Assembly: GCA_024679065.1 (NCBI GenBank)
Contig: JAGIQG010000013.1
Location: forward strand, 46,872,001-46,936,000
Length of the DNA stretch: 64,000 nt
Direction of reading: 5' to 3'
Origin: Sphyrna mokarran
Taxonomy: Eukaryota
Part shown: in pieces, positions 12,180 to 26,045 of the stretch
Layout: each line of letters begins with the position of its first letter
How positions within the stretch are numbered: the stretch's first letter is position 1
Notes under the pieces: model-generated
Seen by the model: only the letters and a program-made list of their open reading frames with translations
What the model was told of the DNA's origin: nothing
Database searches by the model: none
Translations under genes and position numbers: made by a program

Positions 12180-14037
12180 AACTGCACACAACACTCTTGC
12201 AAAGATGACTTTAATATCAATAATACATAATTCTTGTTATCTTAAGTTTTTAAGTAGTAGGCAACCATCTAACTGCTTCATGGCAGGTTTGTTATTTCGC
12301 ACACCATCCTGGCACGAGGGCTGATACAACTACATCTTCCTTTTTAGTTCCATAGCATGTTTTTAAAAACAAAACAGAAATTATTCAGTACATCAGCATT
12401 CATCATTACTTGCATTAAACTCTTCTGCACCCAATAATTCTGAATCTGTCAACCTTCTTTCCTATTCGTATTTTCTGAAATTTTGTGGTCCTTGATTTAT
12501 ATACCTTGGGAGGTAATCTTAGTCCAATTGGTCTGTTTCATTCATCATTTTGAAAATTCTTATCAAGTTTCATTCTCTGTATTGCCCCTCCCCCCATTCT
12601 GCATTTTCTCACAAAATACAAGTGTCTTTTCTCATTAACTGTTTCTCATTTCTGTCCTGGTAAATCTGCATTATGATTCTCCCAAGAGTACTATATTCTT
12701 CCTATTTCATATTTGAGAGAAACATTTTCAAAACTCAGCAAAATGAATTGTTCAAATGTTCAGAATTCCTCCCGGACCAAGTATAGAAAAGAATAAGAAA
12801 CTCTAACATCAAACATTTGATGCTAAATGGTCTATTTTGTTTCCAATTATTGTCCCAAGAATATCTAAAAATAGCATTATTTCACAATAGATTATTGGTT
12901 CTGATTGATTCCAAGTGTCCTTAAATGCATCAGATCTGGAAAATTAGAACATAAAATTTAGCATGCTCATTTCTCCTGCCCCAACATCTTCACGTGCATA
13001 ATTAAAAGCAGAAACGATCAGTTTAATCAAATTGACCACTGTCCAATCCACAGGTTAAGTGCAATTCTCAAAGGCTAACAGGCAAATGAATTACTTCTTC
13101 CAAATTCTAAGACATCCTGATTCATCCTGTGCCTCGAAACAGTGCAACTGCACATCATGAAGAAAGTGAATTGAAACATCAGCAGATGCTTTGTTCTTTC
13201 AGGAGGGAAGAGATACATATTTGATTACAGATATGTTTCTCATCATTTCTAATTTAAATATTCCTCTACGGGTTTGCTATTATGACAGTGGAGCTCTGTG
13301 ATATAACTACAATGCTTTATATCATGATAGTTATCTTAAAGCAAGTTCAACTTTTGTCAGAGTTTTCAAATCCTGGGCAACAAGCCATGAAAAGACTTTG
13401 CATCAAAAATTGATTGGGCACAAGAGTATTTTCATTACTTATAGCTGTTGTTAAAAAATAAAAATCAGATTTCTGGAAAAGTAGTAGTTATATTGAGGTT
13501 TCATGACTTGGTTGTATTAGGTGCAATGTATATTCACTGAAACCAAGATGAAACAATCAACTCAGAAATGATATAATCGTAGATCATTTATGTACAAAAA
13601 TAGATAGAGTTATTTAATAAGACAAATAGTGATGCTATCAGTGTTCATTGTTTTTTTAAACAGTAAATTGGACAGCAAATTTCAGCATTCACACATGCAC
13701 AATTAAAAACAGAAATCAGTTGCTGATCAGGTTCTCCACAAGCTTTGCTGCGCCAATATCTTGCCAAGCAACTTGGCGTTAGAAATGGTGTCAAGCTAAA
13801 GCACTTAATCACTTGAAACATAATAATAGGTTGTCCATTCAGTTGTGAATGTATTTAATAGTGTAGCAAGTCTTAATTACTGCCAAAGAATCACTCTGGT
13901 AAAAAACATTTACTTTTACAAATCTCGTTCCTTCAGATTTTAATCAAACTTGAACTTCAGCTTAACTGAGAGCTCTCAACGAATTGCAAGCTGAATAAAC
14001 GAAAAATTTGGGTAATTTACAAGACAAGCAAAAGCAA

Positions 14038-14278
14038 CAGGAAGAAAATATTTTTTTTACAATGAATGGAAGGTCTGAACTGCACTGCCTGAATATGGAG
14101 AGGAGGTAAGCTCAATCAAGGCATTCAAAGAGAACTGGACTGGTCTTTGAAATTATATGTGCAAGGTGCTGGAAAGAAGGCAGGAAAACGAGACAAAGTA
14201 AATTGCTCATTTGAAGAACTGATGCAGACATGATGGGCTGAATTCTCCTTTCTATGCTGTAGCGACTTTGCAATTTTA
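14038..14278 (+). mobile_element. CR1 LINE 3' end
   Basis: gcactgcctgaa..ggcattcaaagagaactggac..gcagacatgatgggctgaattctcctttctatgctgt. Confidence 0.75.
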
Positions 14279-15584
14279 TCGTATCTACTTGAATGTTGAT
14301 GGCCGAAGGGAGTTTCCTGGGAGGTATAACGTTTCATGCAAAAATTGATTTTTAAAGCCGTAATATTTGATCTATAGTGCTCAGCTCAAATGTCAACTCA
14401 GCTCAGCCTGTAGCAAGTGACAAAAATGATCTCTTAAAAATTTGTTTTGGTAGCCACCATTTCAAGTGTCAACGTTTGCCAGAAAATTCCCTTTGGCCCT
14501 AAACATTCAAACAGATTTTGGTTTCATACTTCAGTGACAATTGTCTATCAAACCAAATTTTTGCTGTTCAAACAAAACCACAGATCACCTGTGGCCTCCA
14601 GCTATAAAACTCAAATTTCACTGAGGTGGAGCATTGGGCAGTCAGGTATGGCTTCAGCATAGGAAACATAAAAGTTAACCTACTTGCCTCAAGGAAATAA
14701 TTGGGTTTAAAAATGTCAAATCTGGAAACTAATTGTCGAGGTTTCAAGATATACAGTAATCTTGACCTTGGTAGATTTTAAATGATAGTGTTGATCTATT
14801 TTAAAACAAAGACACTGCTTTTTAAAAATTTAATAATTTGACTTCATGAACAATACTTCTGAAGGATAATTCTGTTTCTGAAGGCTGAATTGAGAGATTA
14901 TGGTGTCATAAGGTAGTCCAAAATCAAATGTTGCACAGGCTCAGATTGGTTAACTTGGATACTTTATCAATAGCTTTCTTAAAGATCCAAGCAAAATAAA
15001 CCCCTTTGAAGACCAATACTTTAGCATTTCTTTGCTTGCTGATTGTAATACTTTGCAGCAAGCAAATATTCACATCTTTTGAGTTTTGTTGGCATGGATT
15101 GGTTGAGTTCAGTCAGTACCTTGCCAATTGCAAACAGCCAAAGGGATGTACTGTTTGATACAATCCGTTGGGACATATAGTTTACAAAGCTGGCATCGTA
15201 CAAGCACAGAATTTCAAAAACCACATTACTCATTTGTATGGTAGGCAGAAAGTTTTTTCAGCTAGATGACAGCAGCCTGTTAATGAAAAACACAGTTTAT
15301 GCTGCCACCCAATAGAAACAATACAAAATAGCTAATTCCATCTGTTGCTCAAACCTTTGGGATACTTTATTCTTCCAGGATAATTTGAGGCAGACTGGAT
15401 TCCTTTCAGTTCCAATGATGAAGGCCTTAAGCTCACTTGTGAGTATTCACAATACACAAAAGCAATGATATGATAGGGGTAGCCATTAGACTGCAGGATA
15501 GTTTCAATGTGCCATATTTTGGTTTCAAACTTGCAGTGACCAATTAACTTGGATCCTACTTATAATTTTTTTTTATATCTGTTT

Positions 15585-15956
15585 GTTTACAGGTTATAAG
15601 CATCAATAGCTAAGCCAGAATTTATTGCCAATTTCTAATTTCCCTTGAGGTGGAGGCAGTGATCATCTTTTAAAATGACTGCACTTTGTGTCATTTAGCT
15701 ACACCCTTGTTAGGAAGGGTGTTCCAGCATTTGAAATTATTGACAGTGAGTGAACACCATGGTAGTTCCAAATAAGGATGGTATGTGGCTGGGAGGAGGA
15801 GGAATTTGCAGGTGGTCTTGCTAGATGCTGGAGGTCAAGGTCTTGGAAGGTTCTGTTGAAGAAGCCTTGGCAAGTTGTTGCAGCACATCCTGTACATTAA
15901 TACACAGTGGTATCAATGTGTATTAGAGGTGAAGGGCATGAATATTCAAAGATGGA
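15585..15956 (-). mobile_element. L2/CR1-like LINE 3' end
   Basis: gccagaatttattgccaatttctaatttcccttgag...tgttaggaagggtgttccag..acagtgag, reverse complement of the tail at 35272-35516. Confidence 0.7.
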
Positions 15957-16654
15957 CATTCCATTAATCATCTAAAGAAATGAAATATCTATGATTCGCA
16001 CATTACAACTGTGTTGTTCCAACAAATTTTTCAAAGCTTAATAAAATTAAGCTGAGCAACTCAGTAACCTGATATTTCAAGTATACTTTTATGTCAATGT
16101 GCTTCAAGGTTAAAATCTCAGTGAAGTTAATCTCTGCAACTCTTTGCCTTTCAGACAAAGAGTGATCTCATGATCACTTTTCTACCATGTTACCTTAAAT
16201 ATCAGCCTTTCTGCCACCAGAGGCCATCATTACATGATTACATCACTTACAATTAATTATCCCATCACCACCAATGAATTAAGAGACACCAAATAATAGA
16301 TTTGAACTTCAATAATCCTTTGCATTGACTGGCATCATAAAGCAAATTAAAATCAAAATGCAACAATATGGATAAAGCATTTCAGGTTTCTGAGATGCAA
16401 GGTGGCTTTGAATATTATATCAAAATGAAAAATAAGGATCCACCAACCCACAATGGACTTTGCCCATTAGCTTCTTGATTTCAATACAACAGAATTAGGA
16501 TGAGTGTAAAACTGCCTGCCAATTCACTATTTCCTGTTTTCTCTTACTGGCCAAAACAAACAAATAGCACACAATGTGTGAATCATTCTTGCAGTGGCTG
16601 ATTTACATCTTTTATGAGTGTTCTGCAACCTACTGATCCCTCACTGCTTAAATA

Positions 16655-17046
16655 AAGACTTGTTCTTATATAATGCTCTTCATGATCACTGGCCATCTCA
16701 AAGTGCTTTACTGCTTTTTGTGATGTGGTCACTATTGTAATATTGGAAGTGTGATAGCAAATCTGTGTTCAACAAACTCTCACAAACAGCAATATGAAAA
16801 TGATTAGATAACCCTTTTGATTTATTGTCACATGTATTAACATAGTAGTGAAAAGTATTACTTCTTGCCTGTTTTCTGTGACGTTCATTGAGGGATAATC
16901 CCCCCATTCTTCCTCAAATTAGCACAGTAGAATCCTTTACCCAGACAGACAATCGACTGTCTGGAAGACAGTAGATCCAACACTATAATATTCCTTCTGT
17001 GCTGTACTGAATTGGCAGCCTCTACCTTTGTGCTCAAAACCTAGGA
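16655..17046 (-). mobile_element. Deu-domain SINE (SacSINE1-like)
   Basis: ctcaaagtgctttac..gtggtcactattgtaat..cacaaacagcaat..ttgagggata..ttgtgctcaa. Confidence 0.7.
16814..16868 (-). mobile_element. Short LINE 3' tail inserted in the DeuSINE
   Basis: rc atacttttcactactatgttaatacatgtgacaataaatcaaa splits contiguous DeuSINE sequence (gataacc|...|ctgtttt). Confidence 0.55.
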
Positions 17047-17394
17047 TGATTGGAGACTGGGTGCAAGCATAGCAGACGGAGAAATGCAATTCCCACCAGC
17101 AGATGCAGTGGTTTTCTACATCAGATTGGCTGCTTTTCCACTGTGTGCATATGCATGAACATGCAACAGACTGTATCTTGCAGCAGCAGGTTTGGATTTG
17201 TCTGCACTGCTGTCATCTCATTAGTTCATATATTCAGGCACCATATTTAAAATCACACCCACATTCACTCTGTGCAGTCAAGACTTGTTGAATGCCAGAA
17301 CGACGCCGAGAAGGAAGAATTCCACAAATGCAATTTTTTGTAACAGCATACAAGTGGCACTCCTCCAGGCAGTCAATGAATAACATGCGATATT

Positions 17395-18660
17395 TTTCTT
17401 CCCTGGAAGGAGTCACCAGGGTGGTCAGCATCAAAACTGCAGCAGAGGACCAGCATCCAGTGCAGGAAGAGGATGAACGATTTAATCTGCTCCATTGGGT
17501 TAAACTGACCTTCTATTTATTCTCAACCCACACTCTCAAATTATGTCCTCAGCAATTACTAAGTCCAGTCAGCACACACACAAGACATATCATTTACTTT
17601 GGCATCCAGTCTGCTCAAAGTCTATCCATCTGATTTTAGATTTAAAAAAAAATCATCCACAGCAGCAGGGAGAGGCCCCTGAGTGCAGGGGACAGGAAAA
17701 TGCCAAAGTTTGGGTCATGCACCCCTACAAAGAGCAGGCAGCAGAGTTGGCCAGTGAGGACAGAAACCAAGGCAAGATTGGCATCCCCCAAAAAGCCAAC
17801 AAGGGCCCATCAACAATTCACTGCCCACCCACCAAAACTGGGAGTGTTTTTTAGTGTTGGTGAATACAGCCAGTCACTAATTATCTCTGCTCTTTACAAC
17901 AGGCACAGCAAGAAAGGGAGAGGTCTACTGGCAACTAGTCTATCAGCCCAGGAACCAACTTGGATGAAGTTGCTGAGGAGTCATTAGATGTAGCATTCAC
18001 TGGCACCCTCCAACAGCACAAACACTCACCGCTCAGTTGGACCTGAGTTTTAGAGCAGATTCGCGGTCACCATTTGCTAAGCACAGCACCAATTCAGGTC
18101 CACAGCAGGCAGTGGCTGTGACAGCCAAGGTCACGAACATCCAGAGCAGTGCTGGAAGCTTAACTTCTGCTGAATCCAAGTCCAACAATGAGCCTCTAAG
18201 CTCAGTCCTTAAAGAGATGTTGGAGATCGATAGACAGACAAGAGTGTGCTAGACAGGATTGTCAGAGGCCATCACTAGATTAGAGGATTCTGTCTACGTT
18301 CAGTCTCATATTATGGCATCAATGGGCCATTGTATCAAGGTCACCACTGGAAGGATGGTTAACTCCATGGAGGCCATGGTCTAGCAGTTTATTCCTGATT
18401 GGCATGCAGTACATCATCACTTCAGCCATGAGAACATTCCAACAGGAGAGTGAGAGGACACCACAATCTTTCCCCAGGAGCCATTCATCTCAATGAGGGA
18501 TTCTCAGGTACCCACACGTATGAGGAACATCAGCTGGGCACCATCCACCCAGGATTCTCCTGCGATCAGTTATTACTTCAATTCCCCATCAACTCCAGCT
18601 CCTCAAGCCAAGGTGGGTGCACCTGCCCTACAACAGGAGGCCCTCGAAAGATCTCCCAGC
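17395..18660 (+). pseudogene. Decayed Harbinger transposon Myb/SANT-like DNA-binding protein gene
   Basis: 17404-17498 reads W..(frameshift)..QRTSIQCRKRMNDL (SANT/trihelix helix 3). After an intron-like gap: KKIIHSSRER (cf. KLAHNRRE) and HPYKEQAAELASED; later NEPLSSVLKEMLEI. Frameshifts and stops throughout. Confidence 0.75.
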
Positions 18661-20110
18661 AATAAAGCACAACAATTAGCAGGTTGTCTCCAGCTCTGCT
18701 GCGTATGTTGGGATGCGTCTAGACTTGCTGATGAGATTAAATAATAAGAGAAATTTTGAGAGCACAAATGTGATACTCCAACTTTTCCCAAGATACCTAT
18801 CACAATGCTTAACACTAGCGCAACTGAAAAATTCCAGCTCTGGAGTGGGGATTTTAATACTGATGCATGTGACTGTCAGAGCTGACAAGGCTCATGCTAG
18901 AAAACTCAAATTCATATCATCTTAAACTGACAAATTACATGACTGTGAGGGCAGTAATGCTGTGTACCTGCTGCATTTTAAAGGACTGCCAAAGCGACCG
19001 GATTACAATCTACTCTCATTGTTGATTCAGTTAATCTTCTGCAGTTTACAGTTCATTCCATATGTTGGTCCAATTAATATTAGGGGCAGCTTGGAGTTTG
19101 TGTTTGTGTGGGGTTAGCAGATAAAGATGATAAACTAGTCTCAGTCAGATTAGAAGTGAATCCTTTCCAAAACACACTACTTAGAATAGCTGTCAACACG
19201 CCAGTAGCAACTTCCATTGTACATAAGTAACACAAGCTAATTTACAGAATGCCCCTAATATAGATGTCAGTCAGTTGTATATGGCCTTGGTTTGCAGTCT
19301 TACAAAGAACTGATTATCTTTGGACCTTCCAATAATCCTACAATCAACAGCAACCAACAAATGCTTAAAACATGCCGAAAAGGAAAATAGACCTCAGTGC
19401 AAATACTCATTTGGCATATGATGAAAAATAATTTACCAATTAACAAAGTCAAATTAAATGTTATTCCTGTTTTCATTACACTGAATGCATTTAAGACAAA
19501 TTCCAAAGATTTAGCCAATTGGCACAAATAGAAACTATTGCTCTCTGCTTCACCTATCAAGCAAAACACAAAAAAAAGTTTATTGCTTTGGCTGTATTAC
19601 ATATACTTGGTTTCTACACTCCGTTTTGAAATTAGTTAACACAATTTCACTTTGGGAATGATTCCAGTAAAGAAAACTGCTATAATACTCATGGAACATC
19701 ACTGTTAGTTTGCTGATTATTTTCTTTATATTTCTTTTTTAAGCAAAAAAATTCATCTATTGTCAATGAATCAACTCAGATCTGATGCTTCACTTCCTTC
19801 AGAGCCACATATACAAATGATCTTGCAAATGGAAGCAGTACCTCTATGTTATGCAAAGAAACGTTTATTTATAAAAGAATTGTACAATTTCCCAGATGCA
19901 TATTGCAACCTTACGATCAACACACCTAAGGTCCTTTACTTCAGTTTGCCACAGCATAAGGGAGAGAAAAAGTAGAATAAAGAGCCATTAGCCCTCTCAG
20001 TTCCAACAAAATTAGAACATGATTGATATTGTACACCATCAATAAATGATCATTCATCAAACAAATCACTTCATATATGTTTATTGCCTCCAACACACAC
20101 AAACTCCATT

Positions 20111-20385
20111 TCGTAGAATCCCTACAGTGCAGAAGAGACCAGTCAGCTGCACCAACTTTCTGAAAGAGCATGCTTTCCAGCCCCTAGCCCCATAACACTG
20201 CAAATTGATCATGGCCATCTAACCTACACATCTTTGGACCGTGGGAGGAAATCAGAGCATTGGAGGAAACCCACACAGACACTAGGAGAATGTCTGAGTG
20301 GCGTTTGCAGAGTCACACAAGGTTGGAATTGAACCCCAGTTCCTGGTTGTGAAGCAGCAGTGCTAAATACTTTGCCATCCTGCCA
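20111..20385 (-). mobile_element. HE1/V-SINE
   Basis: tagaatccctacagtgcagaag tail rc, V-domain rc, ggaattgaacc B-box rc, gcagcagtgctaa head rc. Confidence 0.9.
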
Positions 20386-20509
20386 TCACAATTCTTCCCT
20401 AGACTTCTGTAAAGATACTTCCAAAGAGAGAAATTTATATTTTCTTTGCATCATCCAATGCAGAAAATTTATGGGCAATCTGTGGAACTACTAATTAAAT
20501 AACATCCAA

Positions 20510-20712
20510 TTCAGTATTCCATCCTCAACAATCACCAACACAAATTATCAAGACATCTGTTCATTTGTTATTTGTGGGACCTCTGTGTGGAAATTTGCTG
20601 CCATATTTTCTGAAATACAGTGACTGTACTTGAAAGTAAACAATGTAGTATAGTGCTTTGGGATGTCCTGAGGATGGGATAATAAATCACTATTTAAATA
20701 CCAGTTCTTTTA
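20510..20712 (+). mobile_element. Deu-domain SINE 3' part
   Basis: tttgtgggac..aaatttgctgccatattt..acagtgact..gtgctttgggatgtcctgagg. Confidence 0.6.
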
Positions 20713-21017
20713 TTAACAGCTTGTGGTGAAGTTTCAGATGTTCCCCCAGTTCAAGACAGCAGGAGACTTGAAAATTAAACATAGCAGCTAACTTGTTCGA
20801 TCCCTGTTCAGTAATCTCCCATTTTTGGATTTATAGACTCATGGCTTTTAAATATATATATGAACTATTGAAATATTTGTACTTATGTGCAATCAACCTC
20901 AGCTTTAAAGACAAGAAAAAAGATTAAATTACAGACAACTTATTAGAATAAAATTATGACAATTATTTTGGTTACCTCCAATCATCTTTATATTTATTAA
21001 AGCAACCTAATCCCAAG

Positions 21018-21215
21018 ATAAAAACAAAATACTGTGGATGCAGGAATCTGAAGCAAAAACAGAAAATGCTGGAAAATATCAGTCTGACAACATCTGTTGA
21101 GATAGAGTAGAGCCTATGTTTCATACTTGTATGACCCTTCGTCAGAGCAGATTCTGACAAAGGGGTGTGCTATCAGACCTACTGAGGCTTTCCAGCATTT
21201 TCTGCTTTGTTTCTA
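21018..21215. mobile_element. Penelope-derived fold-back element with hammerhead core on the minus strand
   Basis: aaaacagaaaatgctggaaa / tttccagcattttctgcttt arms. Centre ccttcgtcagagcagattctgacaaagg; rc of 21112-21148 = GCU CUGACGA agggucauacaaguau GAAA CAUA GGC. Confidence 0.7.
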
Positions 21216-23190
21216 ATTCTAAAATCATTGATTTCCCATCATGAGGAATTCAATAACCACTGAGGAGTTAATCAAAACTTCTTAAAAATTTGCCAGAGTT
21301 TTTTTTCAAATGCCCATGGGGATTTATTTAAGTAAACTGCAGCTGAGCACAATAGGAGTTAGTTGTCTGAAAGCCTGAATGAAATGTCCCAAATGGAATC
21401 TGTGCAACTGGGAACCCCTATCCCACCAAGACTGATACTGACCCAGTATTTTCTTATCACAGAAAAATCAACATTATTAAATTCCATAGTGAAGGGGTTA
21501 GCCCCTTTGTTGAACTGACACTCAGCAATTGAGTTCATTTATCCGAGTTGAGAACGCACAGATTTTACTCCAAGTTTATTAGCAAGCCTTTAGCAAGTAG
21601 TAGGTATATCAAAAAATATTTGTAACAAATTTAATTTCTTTATTTAAAAAAAGGGGCGATGGCAGAAAATGGAGATGAAAAAAGGGGTAAAACTAATGCT
21701 TACAATTCATCTGTTTCATCAATCTTTGCATTCATCTCCACTGCCACTGCTGTCACTAAGAAATGTGTAGTCATTTTTTAATTGTCTACCAGGATGTCTT
21801 CTGTGTGGTTATTTGAAATGCTTTAGAAGGAATGTGACAGGGATATTAAGATTACTGTTGGCACAAAGCAGCATATCAGTCATTGTACAGTTGAATGGTG
21901 CACATCTGTATTATATAGGAGTTAACTATCAAAGGAATTGAAGAAAAATTCCAGCATTACACCAAAGAACTTACCATCCCAATCCCAACAATATTAGACA
22001 TATTAAATATTAACACATCTCAAGGATGTCCTCATTCAGTGAGTTCAAATTTCACCTTGTCTATAAATGCTTCTAGACTCAAAGAATGGAATTAAGTTCT
22101 ACCTCCTACATACTCCGAAAAGTAGATGAGACAGACTGTATAGTCTGATGTTTCCCACCTGAACTTTTGGATGCAGTGAATTACAGACAGATTTTTAGCT
22201 TCATGAGGTGAAATAAATAATGCAAAGTAGTAGTCAGATTTTGTTTCTCTACAAAGTAGTCAAAATCTAATGACACCAAATCTAACAAGTGCGAAGGATA
22301 ATGCACAAAATCATTTTGTCACTTGTCCATTAAAACAAAAGGAATTGCATTTCAGTGATTCAAATCAAAGCTACTCCCCTGCATTCACCTTACTCAACGA
22401 TTCTAACCATATGCATTACCTTTTGATGATTTTTTCTTACTGTGAACCCATCACTGGGATTTCTAGCCAAGCTCATTCCAGGATTGGAAATTCCTGCCTC
22501 AGGTCAATGAACCTTTAAATGGTCAGTTAAATTTTCTGTGACGCCAGCGATGAATGCCATGGTGGGCTGCAGCAGCAAATTTACTCCTATGTTTTACATG
22601 TTGAAATTTTCATAACTTTGCATACAAAAGAAGGTGGGACAGAAAAGAAAAGCAGCTGCTAAAATATTGTTATAAAACTAACACAGCAGTAAAGTATCCT
22701 ATTTTCTTCTGATCACACTTAACCTGATGCATAATTTAACTTCACAAATTTAATTAGTGCAATAGATGGATGTTTCCACTGAAATCTGCTCATTGCCTTC
22801 TGATGTAAATGCATGTAAAAGCAAAGAGGCTTGGCTGACAGTCCAGAAAATCATTATTCTGTTGGAATACCCAAACCTGGGAGAAAACATTGCTTGATTA
22901 ACAATCTGGATTTCAAATTTCTGCTGTCAATTTCACAATATTTATTTACTTAAGGTTAAGTGATTTCAAAGATCTTGTACATTCTATTACTCATAGTTTA
23001 AAAGATCTGGATGACTGAAGCTATTACTGGGCTCTACTAAAAGAACCTTTAAAAAAAAAAATAATGGAAAGTAATGAATGAATAACTATTTTTGCACATC
23101 CTATTGTCACTGTGCAATTCACTAGTTTTATGCAATATATAGTGAAACAGTGGGCATAAAAGTACCATAGTTTGACAAAAGGAAAAATTA

Positions 23191-23485
23191 GGGACAGTAT
23201 GGTGGCACAGTGCTTAGCATTGTGGACTTGGGTTCAATTCTCGTCTTGGAGCAGAGTTTGCACGTTCTTACCTTGTCTGCATGGGTTTCTTCCGAGTGCT
23301 CCGATTTCTTCCAACACTCCAAGGATGTGCAAATTAGGTAGATTGGCAATGCTAAAATGCTCCTTAGTGTCCCTTGATGTTGAGGTTAGGGTGCTAAGCA
23401 GGGCAAATATGGGACGTTCTGTCGGAAAGTCTGTGCAGACCCAATGGGTGAAATGGCCTCCTTCAACACTGTAAGGATTCTATGA
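23191..23485 (+). mobile_element. HE1/V-SINE
   Basis: ggtggcacagtgcttagca head, ggttcaattc, V-domain, CR1-like tail gcactgtaaggattctatga-like. Confidence 0.9.
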
Positions 23486-23849
23486 AGGAGAAACTACGGG
23501 GCATGGGAAGGAATATGGGAGCTGGGGCACATACCTTGGCACAGGGGGAGGGGAGTGCATTAAGATAACCTTCGAACTCACCTTTCAAAAAGTCCCCATC
23601 ATGCAGACAAGGGTCTGAGGTGTCATGAACCATTACTCTTTAAAAATCTGGCCCAACTCCATGAAAATTGCGGAGGAGTTGGCCTTGGCCAACAATGCGG
23701 CCGGCCAAGGGTGCTGGATGTGTAACCTCAACCCCAAACCAGCCCAACACCCTTGAAAGACATGCCTAAAAATCAGACAGCATGGGAATTTTGTGTTTTT
23801 CTTTCAGATGTTCAATATCAGCACCTTTTGGACTTCGTATTACATCTCA

Positions 23850-24620
23850 CAGAATTAAGTTAAACAGCAGTTTGGATTCAGGACTGTGTTCTGAATGCTG
23901 AGCTGTCTAATGCAAGGTAGGGAAGGAAGAGCAAGAGTGAGAGGACTTATTGCTGTGTGGAGAAGCAGCAGACATGGCCATAAGAACACGATGAATTGTC
24001 TGTGCATTAACAACTGAGCAGAATATTTGTAACAGTTTGTTTTCTGTTTGAAAGAAAGGGGACAAAACGGACAAGACTTAGATTTCAGGAAATAAACAGT
24101 CACCAAAATAGACTTTGATGGTGGAAGGCAATTCTGGAATACTCAGACTGAGTACAATGATTTCCAAAGGGCACCAAAAGAAAGATTCAACCTGATGTGG
24201 TAGGGTGAAGTGAGCCTACTGTAAAGTTGATTATTTGGGAACTTGAGTCACAGGTCCCTAGTGTTGTATGTCCCATGACTGCTACCAGCGAGAAAAGAGA
24301 ATTTGTTACACAGCCAAATCTCCATTCAAAACAGCTGAGGTCGGAGAACCCTGACTATAATCTTATATTGCCACATATTTGCAAGAAACATGATGTAAAA
24401 TGAAAACATTTTGTAAGACGTATTTTAATTGCATTAGTTGTACAAAACTACTTTTTCTTTAACATATTAGTTGCAATATTTGGTCTATGTTGATTTTAGT
24501 TGTTACCGTGAAAGTCATATTGACAATATAAATTATTATCCTTTAATCCTTTCTATTTGTTCGTGGGAAATTTGCCTCTTTTTTCAAAAGCATTGTAGGC
24601 CTCTATGGGAATCAGAGCAA
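23850..24620 (+). mobile_element. Candidate decayed solo LTR
   Basis: 3' end ttttttcaaaagcattgtaggcctctatgggaatcagagca resembles shark LTR ends as I recall them; 5' boundary uncertain. Confidence 0.3.
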
Positions 24621-24853
24621 CAGGTTAACAGATAAAGAAATGTAGGGCTAAATAGGTTATTTTCACATTGGCCAGTCATAACTGGTGGGGTTCTACGAAG
24701 TCAGTGCTTGTGTTGCAATTATTTACAATCTATATTATTAATAATTTAGATGAGAGGATCAATTTTAATTTGTGTCATCAGCAAACTTGAACAATGTTAG
24801 GTAGAAAAATAAGATGAGGATGCAAATAGATTTCAAAAAGATGTTGACAAGTT

Positions 24854-25344
24854 GGGCAGAAATTTCCCAGTTCCAAGCTGGGTTCATGAGCAAAGTTTCT
24901 GCCAGGGTGACCAACCCATGGAATGGCAGCCCACTGAAGAGAGTTGGGAAGCCAACTTAAATTATGAACAATCTTAACAAGGGCCATTTTCCAGTCCATT
25001 CCTGTGGCCCTAATGAGCATCCAGAGGGACCTGTCCGCTTGGCCCTTCCAATTTAATGGTTTGTACTGACCACCTCAGTGTGCTTCCCTGTTGAGTGCTC
25101 TCTGAACCCCTGTAATGATAAGCAGCAGCCACCTGTCAATAGTGGAATAATGTGGAGGTTTCGCAGCTGTTGGCCCTGCGACTTATATCCTTAATTGGGC
25201 ACAGAGGCTTGAAGCAGTCAGGTGGAAAGCTACCTCCAGTAACATTACTGAGCCAGTCCTACTGCCAGCAATTGAAAGCTTGGGGAGCCTCTCCATTTGG
25301 TTCCAACCTCAGAGTACTGAAGCCTGTGGCAAATATCTTGCCTC
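24854..25344. mobile_element. MITE (Harbinger-type non-autonomous) inserted in CR1
   Basis: Termini gggcagaaattt / aaatatcttgcctc are imperfect inverted repeats; the element splits CR1 at ttgacaagtt|...|tttacaagtg. Confidence 0.55.
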
Positions 25345-25877
25345 TTTACAAGTGACAAAAAGTAGCAAGAATTTAATGTGGGAAAATATAACCTCTTAGG
25401 AAGGAAAGAAAAGCACAATTTTTGTTTAAAAAAAAAACAAATGAAGGGATTTTGGGATCCTGGTACATGAAATCACATAAAATCAACATGCAGTTTCAGC
25501 AACCAATTTGAAATGCAAATGATATGTTAGCATCTATTGCAAGAAAGTCAAAGGATACAAGTAAATAATTATACATAAGGCCTGGGTGAGACCACACAGA
25601 GTACAGCGTACAAATTAGTCTCCTTCCCAAATGAAACAAAGCTATTTTTCTCAGATCAGGGACTGCAAGGGTTCATTAGGTGAATTCCTGGATGAGAGAG
25701 CTGTCCTACAAGGAGAAATTGAATTGCATGGGCCTCCATTCTCTCAAAGTTTGAAGCATGAGGGGCAACTTCATTGAAAAGTATAAGGTTCTATGATGGC
25801 TTGACCAAGCAGGTAATGCTTCCTCTGGTTTAAAAAATAGCCTTAAATGTTGGGATCATGGTGTCATTGGCCCTTCA

Positions 25878-26045
25878 CAACAACAGCTTATATTTATAGT
25901 GTCTTTAATATAATAGTGTCCCAAGGAATGTCACAGGAGAATTAGAAGCGAAATATGCCATTGAGCCACATTAATGAAATATTAGGCCAGATGACCAGAA
26001 GATTGATCAAAGAAGTATGTTTTAAGAAGCATTTTAATAAAGTTA
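25878..26045 (-). mobile_element. L2-type LINE 3' tail
   Basis: caacaacagcttatatttatagtgtctttaa..gtcccaagg..cacaggag..gagccacat..ggccagatgacca..tcaaagaagt. Confidence 0.65.

Larger units (their letters stand above)
11108..12200 (-). mobile_element. CR1 LINE 3' portion interrupted by two insertions
   Basis: CR1 3' UTR and ORF2-end motifs (gggtgaaaaag, ggcaacatcctcgtaa, aactgcacacaacactc). Split at about 11334-11582 and 11894-12179. Confidence 0.8.
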
